Translations under genes and position numbers: made by a program | Notes under the pieces: model-generated | The model's input: the letters and a program-made list of their open reading frames with translations, nothing else | Databases searched by the model: none | What the model was told of the DNA's origin: nothing | Part shown: in pieces, positions 40,601 to 49,900 of the stretch | How the letters are laid out: every line of letters begins with the position of its first letter | Position numbering within the stretch: the first letter of the stretch is position 1 | DNA from: a virus | Virus record (IMG/VR): IMGVR_UViG_3300005805_000042 | Reading direction: 5' to 3' (one strand) | DNA length: 64,000 nucleotides

Positions 40601-42743
40601 TGTCGTTTAATACTCTATTAACCAACATGTTCATAACAGAAGGGTGGTCAACCACAATTTTCCATTGTAGGGAACCTGACCTTGAACTATTCGCATAAGT
40701 AAAAACTGGTTCAGGTCTACCAATAAAATCGGTCTGTTTAAAACTGGCACGGGTAGATTCGTTGAAAGTCAATCCATATGGTGGAAACCACATTACCCGT
40801 CCACCATTGGGACCCCTTTCACAAACCGGTAAATCAGAATAAGTCAAACCAGGTCTATTTGAGGTTCTCCAAGCAAGGTTTTCCAATGAGAACATATATT
40901 TTTTAGCATATCCATTAGGTCCGCCAATGATATTGGTTGAATCTTGTCCACCTTCTCTTTTGTTAGGTGCGATGTTTAAGTTGTAGGTCTTATCAAAAAT
41001 AGAATAAGAAAATCTTCTACCTTCGGTTGTTATACCATCTTGTTTTTGTAAGTCATTGTACTGAAGATATGGTGTATCTTTTTGAAATATTCTACAGTAT
41101 TCTGCCCCTACTTCAGCACCAATAGCACCAATATATCTTTTTACTCTTGAACCTTTTGTAATTTCTTTGTATCCGTCATTAAATACTTTTGATACTTGGT
41201 CTATAGCATTTCCCGCATGTTGTAGTCTTCTACCTCCTCTTGGTTGGGAATCAATAATTCTTTGAGTATCGTCCAAAATAGAACCTTGTCTGAATTCAAA
41301 TTCAGTTGATTCCGTAGCCTGATATGCCGAGGGTCTAAAATCAGGGTCCTCAGCAATAATTTCCCCACCAATACCAACAAATTTACCGGCATTACCCTTA
41401 AACTTAGGTGACACCCAAGTAAATCCACCCACGACATCACCACCACTACTATATGTTGGTCCGTTAGCACCCAAGTTAAGTGCTTGACCTGGTCCTTCAT
41501 ATAGTTGAGCCAGCTCTTGTGGTCCATAAACAGGAGATTGGATTTCTCTACCGAATCTGTCAACCGGAACATCACCCGAGGGTGAAAATACTTGTGAAGG
41601 TTCACTTTTAACACTACCAACATAGTATTCACCATTGTTGGTATTTCTACCCTGAAGTGCTCCGGCAACCCTATCAAAAATAGGTCTATCGTAACCTGGT
41701 TTGTAAAGGTTGAAATCTAAGTTTTTGAATAACTGAGACCTTTGACCGCCACCAGTATTTTCCAAAAGTAATATTGACCCTCTTAGATTTGATTGTGAAT
41801 TTAATCTAGCGAAGAATCTTCCAAGTCCTGCCGCCGCATTTGCACCAAGAAAAGCTGAGGCTAATTGTTGACCTGTTGTTGGTATACCACTATTGATTTG
41901 TGGGTCAAAGTAATTTCCAGGAATAACAGAAAATGGAGCATATGCACCCGAGATTCTATTCAACAGACCAGCTGCTGCTCCAACAATTGTTGAACCTTCG
42001 GTTATTGTGAAGTTTGGTTCTAAAAGGGGTACTCTTCCATTGATAAATGCTAAGATGTCCTCCCCCCCGTTCACATTAAGGAAATTTGCCCTCCCTATGG
42101 TGTTTCTCCTAATCTCACGACCAATGTTGTATTCAATTTGCCTCCTAAGATTTGTTGCTCCGAGCTTCGCTAAAAAAGAGTCACTCGATAAAGGACCATT
42201 TGAACCCTGTGGGTCGGGGTTCAACATTATACCTATTGTAGGATAAGAAGATGCATTAAAATTTGGGTATGGTTGTGCATTAGTTGTGCGACCGTTGTTT
42301 TGAGTCAATATTTCTATTGAACCAAAAAACTGTGCAGAATCTAATAGTTGGTCCGTACTCGCATACGCATTGAGGGGTTTCCATGCTGGTGCAATACCAG
42401 GAAATCCAATTTGTGCGGCAGTAAATCCTTCGTCAATGATATTAGCGTCTTGAAAACCATACTCACCCTCATTTGAGTTGGTGTTATTTAACGCCCCAAT
42501 AAAAGGAACTTGTTTATACCCACCCTCGGCACCATATTGGTTCAAAGGGTATAGTAAATTTGCAAGAATAGGGGTGTCGATTAAATTATCATCGGTATCG
42601 ACCGGTGATAAATCTCGTTGTATGGTCTCGTAGTTATAGGGGGGACTAGGAAATTTAGGAGACTTCTGATAAGGTTTTAAATTCCTTACTACAAGTTTCT
42701 TCCTAAAACCCTCTGAACTTGGAAAATCAAGTGGACTACCCAT
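37686..42743 (-). CDS. Tube-initiator/baseplate hub protein with inserted OmpA-like domain
   Basis: 1685 aa. MWFPPYGLTFNES...FIGRPEPVFTYANSSRSGSLQWKIVVD is tube-fold-like; SASNPQTVPYNELLSQRR is OmpA-like. Confidence 0.6.
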   Translation of the reverse strand: MGSPLDFPSSEGFRKKLVVRNLKPYQKSPKFPSPPYNYETIQRDLSPVDTDDNLIDTPILANLLYPLNQYGAEGGYKQVPFIGALNNTNSNEGEYGFQDANIIDEGFTAAQIGFPGIAPAWKPLNAYASTDQLLDSAQFFGSIEILTQNNGRTTNAQPYPNFNASSYPTIGIMLNPDPQGSNGPLSSDSFLAKLGATNLRRQIEYNIGREIRRNTIGRANFLNVNGGEDILAFINGRVPLLEPNFTITEGSTIVGAAAGLLNRISGAYAPFSVIPGNYFDPQINSGIPTTGQQLASAFLGANAAAGLGRFFARLNSQSNLRGSILLLENTGGGQRSQLFKNLDFNLYKPGYDRPIFDRVAGALQGRNTNNGEYYVGSVKSEPSQVFSPSGDVPVDRFGREIQSPVYGPQELAQLYEGPGQALNLGANGPTYSSGGDVVGGFTWVSPKFKGNAGKFVGIGGEIIAEDPDFRPSAYQATESTEFEFRQGSILDDTQRIIDSQPRGGRRLQHAGNAIDQVSKVFNDGYKEITKGSRVKRYIGAIGAEVGAEYCRIFQKDTPYLQYNDLQKQDGITTEGRRFSYSIFDKTYNLNIAPNKREGGQDSTNIIGGPNGYAKKYMFSLENLAWRTSNRPGLTYSDLPVCERGPNGGRVMWFPPYGLTFNESTRASFKQTDFIGRPEPVFTYANSSRSGSLQWKIVVDHPSVMNMLVNRVLNDTNLSQRADEILDSFFAGCRKYDLYELARKYYTVNPSDIFEIQQRLETKNVSGEDVEYYVRSVQSGGFDTSAGGTAGGGYSPSGSQSSFTTSGFDYLKLQNYGLYFENDIPKPNIEVNNYEVYYGTYTSSANKEIYSVESSKINEQTQVSEFFTQVVEGNKSAIEEMLIQLSKDLENDETATCHLVLESSASNPQTVPYNELLSQRRMVSAIKYIESIGQLKKFMETSPKRLTITQITQGELAKDVKPVGLDGRAFGTYQCTGQDSLSRTSQVYSVNAMACRRTAITNIEFKQVPPTTDIDVPEEIPFYDEQIIEQRRPKPPVTQVVEETVFRDNITKRVLRSLLSECDYFEVIKEQTPMVYDSLKEKLKFFHPAFHSITPEGLNSRLTFLQQCMRPGDTIPTVKTDKQGGTSLQYNNAVNTAFGAPPVLVLRVGDFFHSKIIPENLSITYEDLDLNPEGIGVQPMIANVTLSFQFVGGQGLKESVDKLQNALSFNFYANTEIYDDRADATDDSYKVLDQEFIQQLNLKVPPPTLNQVQSTQPSSNLETIGRILTTTNTPNGDIGTIAYQDFMTLLVGQTQTYFTTVNNKIRDLNLQYNNAVRQQFSFSRRYTDGEMLVTGAGYDVPLFGKPSKFESDVNSVFESFTSDITNDQDGFIKYLVDDVRIFSNKTIRAIKNNYKDYVANFRGDFQNGATTILQNLVDTQTSYIQTLSRANVIPYFDSDPTLGMDGFQTTKGNAVVINISGTSAISASSAGVTNTLEELIQDIGVVASALTEFNNVIESQYTANVSGKVYTGYFTTDLPDQDAVKSQVFEPFTDDVFWDSEANRREYFILSQQILDENRYNTFKESIIGNLRDNQGVLGNVTFVQVEQSFDNYWKGVARPAYLSENAATNTFLTDFQTNALREYLNFTPFNLNKERVFTYETILQPTAEQIQLIKNLGNKNNIDSNTTSWTTSVGANVIIGKAQLL

Positions 42744-42756
42744 TTATTGTTTTATT

Positions 42757-42764
42757 TATAAATA
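42757..42764 (-). promoter_or_regulatory. TATTTATA late-gene motif
   Basis: About 14 nt upstream of ATG 42743. Confidence 0.6.
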
Positions 42765-42773
42765 GGTTTTTAA

Positions 42774-44501
42774 TTATTTTTTTGACAATTCTTTAATTGC
42801 CGCCTCTGTTTTAATCTTAACAATCTTATAGATATTATCTTTAATTTCAGGGCTATTGAATATATTAAAGATTTGTTGTTCACTCAAATTTGTTGGGGTT
42901 TTTACATCGATAGTAAAATTCCCATCAACATTAACATTTCCTGTGATAGTTTCTGTTGTTGAAGTTTGTTTTTGGTATTGTTCCCAATTCTGATATCTTG
43001 TGTCAGTCTGTTCCCCAATTCTTGAAATACTTTGAAGACTCTCTCTTTGAGCACTATTTTCACTATATTTAGCAAGAAAGGTCTGATATCTTTGAGCTAA
43101 GTCCAAACTTATTGTTTGTTCCTCTGAGGCTGTTTTCATTGTTGATAAGACATCTTCGATTGACCCTTCTCCTTTAAGTAAACTCATAATCGAAGTTCCG
43201 ACTACATCCCCGAAATTTTGAAATTCTTTCCTAAATTCTTCTCCCGTAGGTAATGCACCAGGACTGAAAGCCGCACCCGCAATTTTTCCCTCTTCTCTTC
43301 TGGCAAATTCTATGGCTCGGTTTAATCCCTCTTGACCGGCTAACGCGTAACTTAATCTCATGGGAAGTGCTGCTATGTCTCGTGATATTATATCACTAGT
43401 AGATAATTGACTTCGAGCAATATCTTCCATCGACTCGGGTCTATCTGCAGCTTGTTGTTTGATAAGTTCGAATTGAGACTGAGATAATTTGTCTAAACTT
43501 TCTGTTTGGAGTTTACCGGTTTCGTCTCTAAATTGTACTTCATAACGACCCCCCTCACCCATTTTAGACATGTTAGCCACCAACATTTTATCCTCTTCAC
43601 TACCTCTTATGTCGAAGGATATTTCACCTAATCGTTTATCCAAGTCCGCAGCCGCTAATGCTGTCTTTGAAAACTGTTCAAATGACATTCCCGCAGTCTC
43701 GGCAAGTTCCTTCATCAATCTTACTCCACCCGGATTGATTCTGAAATTACCCGTCTTCTCATCGAAGTAGGTAAATTGTTTGGTCATTTCAATTAATGAA
43801 TCCTGTAATCCTTTTGGGTCATTGATTGATTTATCCATTAAAATAAACGGGTCCACTAAATCTCCTGAGGCAACACCCAATCTTTGAAATGCCGCGGCCA
43901 TCTGTATTGCCCCTTCAGGATTCAATACTTTTTCTGCAAAATCCGAAGTTACTTGCATGTCAAACCTGAGCATCGAAGCTTGAGCAGCCATTTTGGTAAA
44001 TCCAACAACTCCATCTTGGAAATTGAAACGATTCATCATATCAACTTTGTTGACAACATCACCCATGATTTGAACCGCATTCAAACCTAACGATTGAACA
44101 TAACCTACAGATTCTTCAACACCTTCAGCAATATTGGAAAATTCTACTCCCGCAATCCCAAATTGCTCGACTAAAAAATCAACTTCTTGATTTAGATATT
44201 TAGCTGTGGCAAAAATTTCCTGTAAAGACTCTTGTGATGCAACAACATTTCTTCGTGCACCTTGACCAACTTCAGCAATCGTTTTACTTAACTCTTCAGC
44301 AGAACCACCAAGTCTAACGAAATCCGCAACCCCATCAGATACCGCAGTTGAAAATTCGAGAAACCTCGCACGAGATTCTCCAAAAGACCTATTAATATTG
44401 GTAATACCATCTTGTATCCTACCTATATTGCCCGCCAAATCAGCGGACTCACCAATAAGTGATTTTAAATTACCCAAAAACCCTAAATCCTCATCTGCCA
44501 T
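42774..44501 (-). CDS. Tape measure protein (probable)
   Basis: 575-aa helical A/G/L/E-rich protein directly after the chaperone gene; size is close to T4 gp29. Confidence 0.7.
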   Translation of the reverse strand: MADEDLGFLGNLKSLIGESADLAGNIGRIQDGITNINRSFGESRARFLEFSTAVSDGVADFVRLGGSAEELSKTIAEVGQGARRNVVASQESLQEIFATAKYLNQEVDFLVEQFGIAGVEFSNIAEGVEESVGYVQSLGLNAVQIMGDVVNKVDMMNRFNFQDGVVGFTKMAAQASMLRFDMQVTSDFAEKVLNPEGAIQMAAAFQRLGVASGDLVDPFILMDKSINDPKGLQDSLIEMTKQFTYFDEKTGNFRINPGGVRLMKELAETAGMSFEQFSKTALAAADLDKRLGEISFDIRGSEEDKMLVANMSKMGEGGRYEVQFRDETGKLQTESLDKLSQSQFELIKQQAADRPESMEDIARSQLSTSDIISRDIAALPMRLSYALAGQEGLNRAIEFARREEGKIAGAAFSPGALPTGEEFRKEFQNFGDVVGTSIMSLLKGEGSIEDVLSTMKTASEEQTISLDLAQRYQTFLAKYSENSAQRESLQSISRIGEQTDTRYQNWEQYQKQTSTTETITGNVNVDGNFTIDVKTPTNLSEQQIFNIFNSPEIKDNIYKIVKIKTEAAIKELSKK

Positions 44502-44516
44502 TATGGACTTTTATAT

Positions 44517-44524
44517 TATAAATA
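44517..44524 (-). promoter_or_regulatory. TATTTATA late-gene motif
   Basis: About 16 nt upstream of the tape measure ATG 44501. Confidence 0.6.
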
Positions 44525-44530
44525 GGGTTT

Positions 44531-44689
44531 TTATGATTTTTTTTGATTGTCTTCAACCCACTTATCCAAGAGATACTTTCGTATAAAAATCGGCATACTC
44601 ATAAAATCTGAATATGGTATTGAAAATATTTTAGACAAATAATAAAACTCGTCTATTTGATTTTTTCTATAATCAGAAGAAAGGACGAA
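44531..44689 (-). CDS. Frameshift extension (T segment) of tail assembly chaperone, +1 frame; absent from ORF track
   Basis: The +1 frame is open only from just after a TAG at 44698-44696 to a TAA at 44533-44531. It reads VLSSDYRKNQIDEFYYLSKIFSIPYSDFMSMPIFIRKYLLDKWVEDNQKKS. Confidence 0.7.
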   Translation of the reverse strand, partial: FVLSSDYRKNQIDEFYYLSKIFSIPYSDFMSMPIFIRKYLLDKWVEDNQKKS

Positions 44690-45416
44690 AAAAGTCTACC
44701 CCGAAGCCGATGTTAACCAATAGCTTTTCTCCTGACGGGGCAATAATCACCCGATTCATATCTAATCGAGGTACGTTTTCATTCATGAATTTTTTTATGT
44801 ACTTAGAATCCGCAAACGGCATTGTTTCAGCAAACTTTTGAATTTCTACTTTGTCTTGAGTACCATCTACTTCAACTATTTCTCTCTGTAGTCTCCAAGT
44901 TCTAATTGGTGCAACTCTTCCTTGAGGATAAGTTTCAGATAAATTATTGATTTCGGTGACTTCACCAAAATTGAGTGGTTTCAACTTTACGGTTTTTTCG
45001 GACACTGGAAGTTTTGTAGTAAAGGTACCGTCTTCATTTGGTTCATTACCACTCACAATATTAAGTTCATCAAGTCTTTCATTAGCCGTGAACTTTCTAT
45101 TTGTTTTTGGGTCAGTCAAATTCAATTCGATATTTGGTCCAAAAGCTGTGTTTCTAAGAAAAATGAGAATCGACTCAATGTCACCCTCCAATAAATCCTC
45201 GGGTCTTACACCAGGTTCGTATATCTTCGAACGAAGAAGATTGGTTGTCATGTCTTTACCACCCGCAATCAAAATGTTTTCATCACTAGCAGTCAAATAA
45301 CCAACCTTTAAAGAAGATTTTTTATTTTTATAAAACATTCCCTTGGATGGAAGGGGTACCACATCGTGTGGTAATGTAAATTGTTGTTGTCCGTAATTAA
45401 TAGTTTCTTGGTCCAT
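44673..45416 (-). CDS. Tail assembly chaperone / baseplate hub assembly protein (T4 gp26-like)
   Basis: VPLPSKG.FY, VGYLTA.DENIL, LL.GD...ILIFLR...FG pattern; lies between tube and tape measure. Confidence 0.8.
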   Translation of the reverse strand: MDQETINYGQQQFTLPHDVVPLPSKGMFYKNKKSSLKVGYLTASDENILIAGGKDMTTNLLRSKIYEPGVRPEDLLEGDIESILIFLRNTAFGPNIELNLTDPKTNRKFTANERLDELNIVSGNEPNEDGTFTTKLPVSEKTVKLKPLNFGEVTEINNLSETYPQGRVAPIRTWRLQREIVEVDGTQDKVEIQKFAETMPFADSKYIKKFMNENVPRLDMNRVIIAPSGEKLLVNIGFGVDFFRPFF

Positions 45417-45418
45417 AT

Positions 45419-45452
45419 AAAAGAATAACCGTAGAGTTTATCTCTACGGTTA
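45419..45452 (-). terminator. Terminator/attenuator hairpin between tube and chaperone genes
   Basis: Perfect 11-bp stem taaccgtagag/ctctacggtta with 5-nt loop, followed by TTCTTTT on the minus strand. Confidence 0.75.
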
Positions 45453-45487
45453 AATATAAAAGGTAATAAAAGTAAATAAAGACAATC

Positions 45488-45976
45488 TTAGTAAATCAAC
45501 ACACAACGGTCCATTCTCAAAGTTGCACCAATTGTCGCCAATCCATCTTGAGAGTAGTTTAAAGTGTTGAAGTTAACATCTGTGAGGAATGTACCATAGA
45601 GAATCCATTTTTCCACAACAACTCCTGTTGGGTCTAACATCTCTAAGTCAATATCTTTTTTGTATCCCGCCGCATATCCCATACGACCAGTTACTGATTC
45701 CGCGTGGAGACGAACCCACTCCATAAGAGCCTGTGCCGCAGACGGACCGATTGGGTCACGGAAGGTTACAGGAATAGTTTGCCAGTTAAATCTACCAGCA
45801 ACATAGGTTGAGGTGTTCAAAAACTGAATTTCTGTTGGGTTGATGATGATGTGGGGTCTTGCAGTAGATTCTACAAACCACTCATTTATACCCAAAGATG
45901 ATGGAAACCTTAATATGAACCTGTTTTGTCTTTTTGGTTCGTAAGGAATCGGCATTTTCATTAATAAATCCGCCAT
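45488..45976 (-). CDS. Tail tube protein (T4 gp19-like)
   Basis: EPKRQNRFILRF, YVAGRFNWQTIPVTFRD, W...GR.GYAAGYKKDI.L.MLDP.G..VEKW.L.G.F. Confidence 0.9.
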   Translation of the reverse strand: MADLLMKMPIPYEPKRQNRFILRFPSSLGINEWFVESTARPHIIINPTEIQFLNTSTYVAGRFNWQTIPVTFRDPIGPSAAQALMEWVRLHAESVTGRMGYAAGYKKDIDLEMLDPTGVVVEKWILYGTFLTDVNFNTLNYSQDGLATIGATLRMDRCVLIY

Positions 45977-46009
45977 GGTAATATCTTAATTTTTTCTTTT
46001 ATCTTTTAT

Positions 46010-46017
46010 TATAAATA
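46010..46017 (-). promoter_or_regulatory. TATTTATA late-gene motif
   Basis: About 34 nt upstream of the tube ATG 45976. Confidence 0.6.
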
Positions 46018-46085
46018 TACCCATCAGTATAATTTTTCTATTGACTTTATTTTTTAAAAATTTACTCTCTTATAGAGCTCCAGTA

Positions 46086-46913
46086 CTAGTATTCTTTTTT
46101 TATTCCTCCTTTAGTTGAATAAGTTTTAACTGGTTCTTTAATAGATTTAAAATAATCCTTAATTTTTTCTACATTCTTTTCGTCATCATCTGAAAATCCA
46201 ATAGTTGGCTTGCCTGGTACAAACTTATTAGCAATTCCTTTCTTTAGAAAAGCTGTTTTATGTAGCACAGCCGCCATTGATTTTACATAGTTTACAAAGT
46301 CCGCCATTGCTTTTACCTTTTCTTCTTCAGGAGACGAGGCACCCTTATCACTTCCGAAACTAACAGGGTTATAACGATTCAGTTCCAAGTAAGACCTAAC
46401 CATTTCTTCATCGGTCATTTCTTCTTCGTCAACAAAATCTCGATATTTTTTTAAATTTTTAATTAATTCTTTTTTGGAAATACCACCAAAATTCTTATCG
46501 ATATAGTTGAAAATAGCCTCTTTAATAGTATTTGGATTATGACCTCGAGCGGTAATAATTGCAAAAATCGAACCATTATTAATAGATTCTTTAAAATCGT
46601 TCCATGCCGGTCCAATTTTAGCCTTTAAACTATCTTTTAAAAATTGTTTGTCACCGTGGACCCCAAAAAAACGGAAAGGGTCTTCCGAGTAATCTACAAT
46701 AGTGTTACTTAAGTAATCAAAAGATGTTTTACCAATTTTCTCTCTATGAGTAGCAAAATCCTCGGTTGACATTTCCACTTCTTCACCCTTATCATTTAAC
46801 AAAATGATTTTGGTTGGCATGTGGACAATGTTATCGTCCCAATCAAAAGCATAGTATTTAAGGTCTGGAGTTCCAATTTTGAAGGGGTCGTTTATTTTAG
46901 TATTCATTTCCAA
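46086..46913 (-). CDS. HAD-superfamily phosphatase-like protein
   Basis: Motif I YAFDWDDNI, motif II IITARG, motif IV FSDDD. Confidence 0.7.
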   Translation of the reverse strand: MEMNTKINDPFKIGTPDLKYYAFDWDDNIVHMPTKIILLNDKGEEVEMSTEDFATHREKIGKTSFDYLSNTIVDYSEDPFRFFGVHGDKQFLKDSLKAKIGPAWNDFKESINNGSIFAIITARGHNPNTIKEAIFNYIDKNFGGISKKELIKNLKKYRDFVDEEEMTDEEMVRSYLELNRYNPVSFGSDKGASSPEEEKVKAMADFVNYVKSMAAVLHKTAFLKKGIANKFVPGKPTIGFSDDDEKNVEKIKDYFKSIKEPVKTYSTKGGIKKEY

Positions 46914-46920
46914 TTAGGCA

Positions 46921-46950
46921 AAAAAAGGGTGGGAATTTGTTTTCCCACCC
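46921..46950 (-). terminator. Rho-independent terminator after sheath gene
   Basis: gggtgggaa/ttcccaccc 9-bp stem followed by a T run on the minus strand. Confidence 0.8.
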
Positions 46951-46958
46951 CAAATATA

Positions 46959-49900
46959 TTAAATATTTTCGAAAGATGCTCCTGTTGGAGTAATTAAAAA
47001 CTCAATATCGATAAATTCAAGTGCTTTAGTTGGTTTCAAATATATTTTACCTGTCAAAGTATTTCTATCTAAATCTTCAGGAGTAGATGCTACAGTCACT
47101 CTAAAGTCATACAAACCACGGTCTCGTCTAATTGCATCCAAGATTGGGTTTACAGAATCCAAGAATTGTTGTCTTACAATTTCATCGTTTTGTTCGAACA
47201 ATAGTCTTACAGCAACCGCTGAAATCAATTTACGAGCCTGTAACAACAATCTTCTAACATTCAATCTGTTAAGAGCAGAATCTCTAACTTGTAAGGTTTT
47301 GTTACCCCAAATTACAGTACCTACATCAGAGAAGGTTGCAATAGGGTTTATTCTACCTTGGTAAAGAGTATCCCTGTCTTCCTGAGTAAGTTTTAATCTT
47401 GCTTTAACGGAGTTCACAAGACCTCTTGTGTAACCCGCGGATGCAAACCAAGGAAAAGAAATGTTATCAGTCAAAGCTAAGTTTCTACAAACCTGACCCG
47501 TTGCTGGTAGATATATCTGTGTATTGTTAACAGTATCTCTTTCTAAAATCCATGGGTAATAGGTTGCCGTATAAGATGAATCGATACCAGTTTGGTCTAA
47601 ATTATCTACCGCTTCCTGTGGATAAATAATCTCAAATTGAGAAGTTGCGTCTGAAGTAAACATGTTGTAATCAGGAGTTGTTACGACATAAACAGCGTCA
47701 GCCCTTTCATTTTCAACCATACCGATTGCCAATTCAGCGAGGTTTGAGTTATTCACATAATCAATACCCGGAGTTGCAAATACATTGATATTTGTGGATT
47801 CAGGATTGTTAAATGTTAATTGACCAAGTAAGTAAGCGTAATAATCTGTGTTTGCAAAATCTTGAGTGTTATCTCCAATAACGATTCGCTTGAAAGTACC
47901 ATCACCCGATGCTGTTGGGTATCTTTGGGTAGGTGTTGCCCCTTGTAAGTATCCCTGAGCTCCAAGAGCAAATCTGTCTTGGTTTGTTCTAAATTCTCTG
48001 TATATGTCCCATCCATCAAATCCTCCTTGGAAAACTGTTGTGAATTTTCTTGAGTACAAGAAGTAATATGGATTATCTTGAGAAGTTGGTTCACCATCAA
48101 AACTTGCCACACCACAATCAAATGCAGGTGTTCCACTTGTAACTTGAGAGTTGGCGATTGTAATAATCGTAGCTCCTGAGTCCATGTGGAATCCTTTTGT
48201 TTGGTAGTTCCAAGATTCTGAAGTTGTTGCTAAGTCCCAACCAACTACAGGGTTTTTCTTCCCTTTATATTGTAGTAAGTCACTATCGATTCCGAACTGA
48301 GTCGAGATACCTAAGTAGGTTCTTCTAACAATATCTCCTGAAGAACTTACAATATTACTACCACCAGCAGTTGTTCCGAAAGGTGGGTCATAAATTGTTT
48401 CTCCTGGGAAGAAGTATTTAGTTTTGATGATAGGGAAAGGAGAAGGGTTCGTTACACTTTCATAAACTCTTTCCTCCAATCCATAGAAACCACAAGGTAA
48501 TGCATCGATTGGATATTCATCCGAAAGTTCAATCATCACATACGCAGAATTCAAAGGATATTCACCGTCTACCGAACCAATTTTTTTAGCAACAAAACTG
48601 TTCGATGCTGGGTCCATTGTACAGTTTGTGAATTTTTCATAAACAACAGGATTAGCATCCGTATCAAAGAAGTCTCTTACTTGTACATCAAAGGTTGAGT
48701 TATTAAACGAAATATTCGCAATAGAAATTTTAACCTGAGTGTTAGCCTCAAAACCATCAGAAATCGTTACAAATCTGAATAGTTCATAAACTTTATTGCC
48801 ACGAAGTTCAGATACTAAGAAAGGGGTTTTTGGTGTTTGATATTGTTCCAAATTCCAAGCAATTGAAGTTGTCGAGCTTTTATCACGAGCCTCAGGGAGA
48901 GCAATCAAATCACACTTGACACCTCTAACATATCCTTTATTGAAACCATAGTTTAACATTCCTAAGTAAGATTCCTCAACATAAATTGGGACATCTTGTC
49001 TTGGTTTAGAAAAATTGGTGACGCCTAAAACTTTAGTTAAGTAATTAGCATTCGTTGAATCAAATGATGTGTCAAAAGTAAATGTATTACCTTCAAAAGT
49101 TACACCACTTAATTGGAAAGTTGCAAACGGACTTTGTGAAATTCCAGAATATGCACCAGTACAAATGAGGTTTAAATCAGTTAAACCAGTAACTTGATAT
49201 TGAGGACCATGGTCATTAGCGTTGTAAATTGAAATACCTCTTGAACGAAGAGTTGCTAAAATAAGATTATTCCAATCAGTATATGCGGTACCTGAATAGG
49301 TGTAAGTTTCCCCCGTGATAGTCCCTGAGAATGAACCTGATGCACCAGTTACAAAATTAGTAACATTGTAATACCATGAATAACCTGAATAAGAATTAGA
49401 AGTTGTTACATCAAAAGTTGCATAATACCAAGGGTCATTATTTCCATCGGTCAAATCTGCAAAATCCAAACTTAAGTCATCACATCCAAACACATTATCA
49501 AAAGTTGTGTATTGTGAGTCCAATACATCGTAATCAGATGTGGGAATAGAACCATAAACATTTACTGTTGAACCAGTCAATGAAGTATCTGCAGAAATAC
49601 TAATCATAAACCCAAACAGGTCATTATTGTAAGTTGATGTAGACCCATCAATCAAAGTGTAAGATGTATTCAACGCATTTGAAACCAACGAAGGAAGTCC
49701 CCCACCAAAAGTTAATGTATTACCAGTTGTGAAACCAGAAAATGTTGTGGTAAATGGAACAGATGCCACACCAGTGTCAATACCAACAGTGGTCCCATTG
49801 ACATTTGCAATCGCTTGTAATGACCACGAAGGTCCTGCGTCATAACCCGACAACCCCAAAATACGGGTTACAAATAATTGATTAGATTGTTGAAGGTACG

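Noticed and set aside
41201-41677. 158-aa alternative-frame minus ORF inside the 1685-aa gene, and similar 60-130-aa nested ORFs elsewhere
   Set aside because: Fully nested in long real genes, with no recognisable motifs or independent initiation signals.
44650-44700. Canonical -1 frameshift for the tail chaperone
   Set aside because: The -1 frame hits TAG after about 10 codons (SFLLIIEKIK) and gives no chaperone-like extension.
46074-46092. Cluster of short palindromes (gagctc, agtact, actagt) at the HAD gene stop
   Set aside because: Six-bp palindromes are expected by chance and no repeated operator copy was found.
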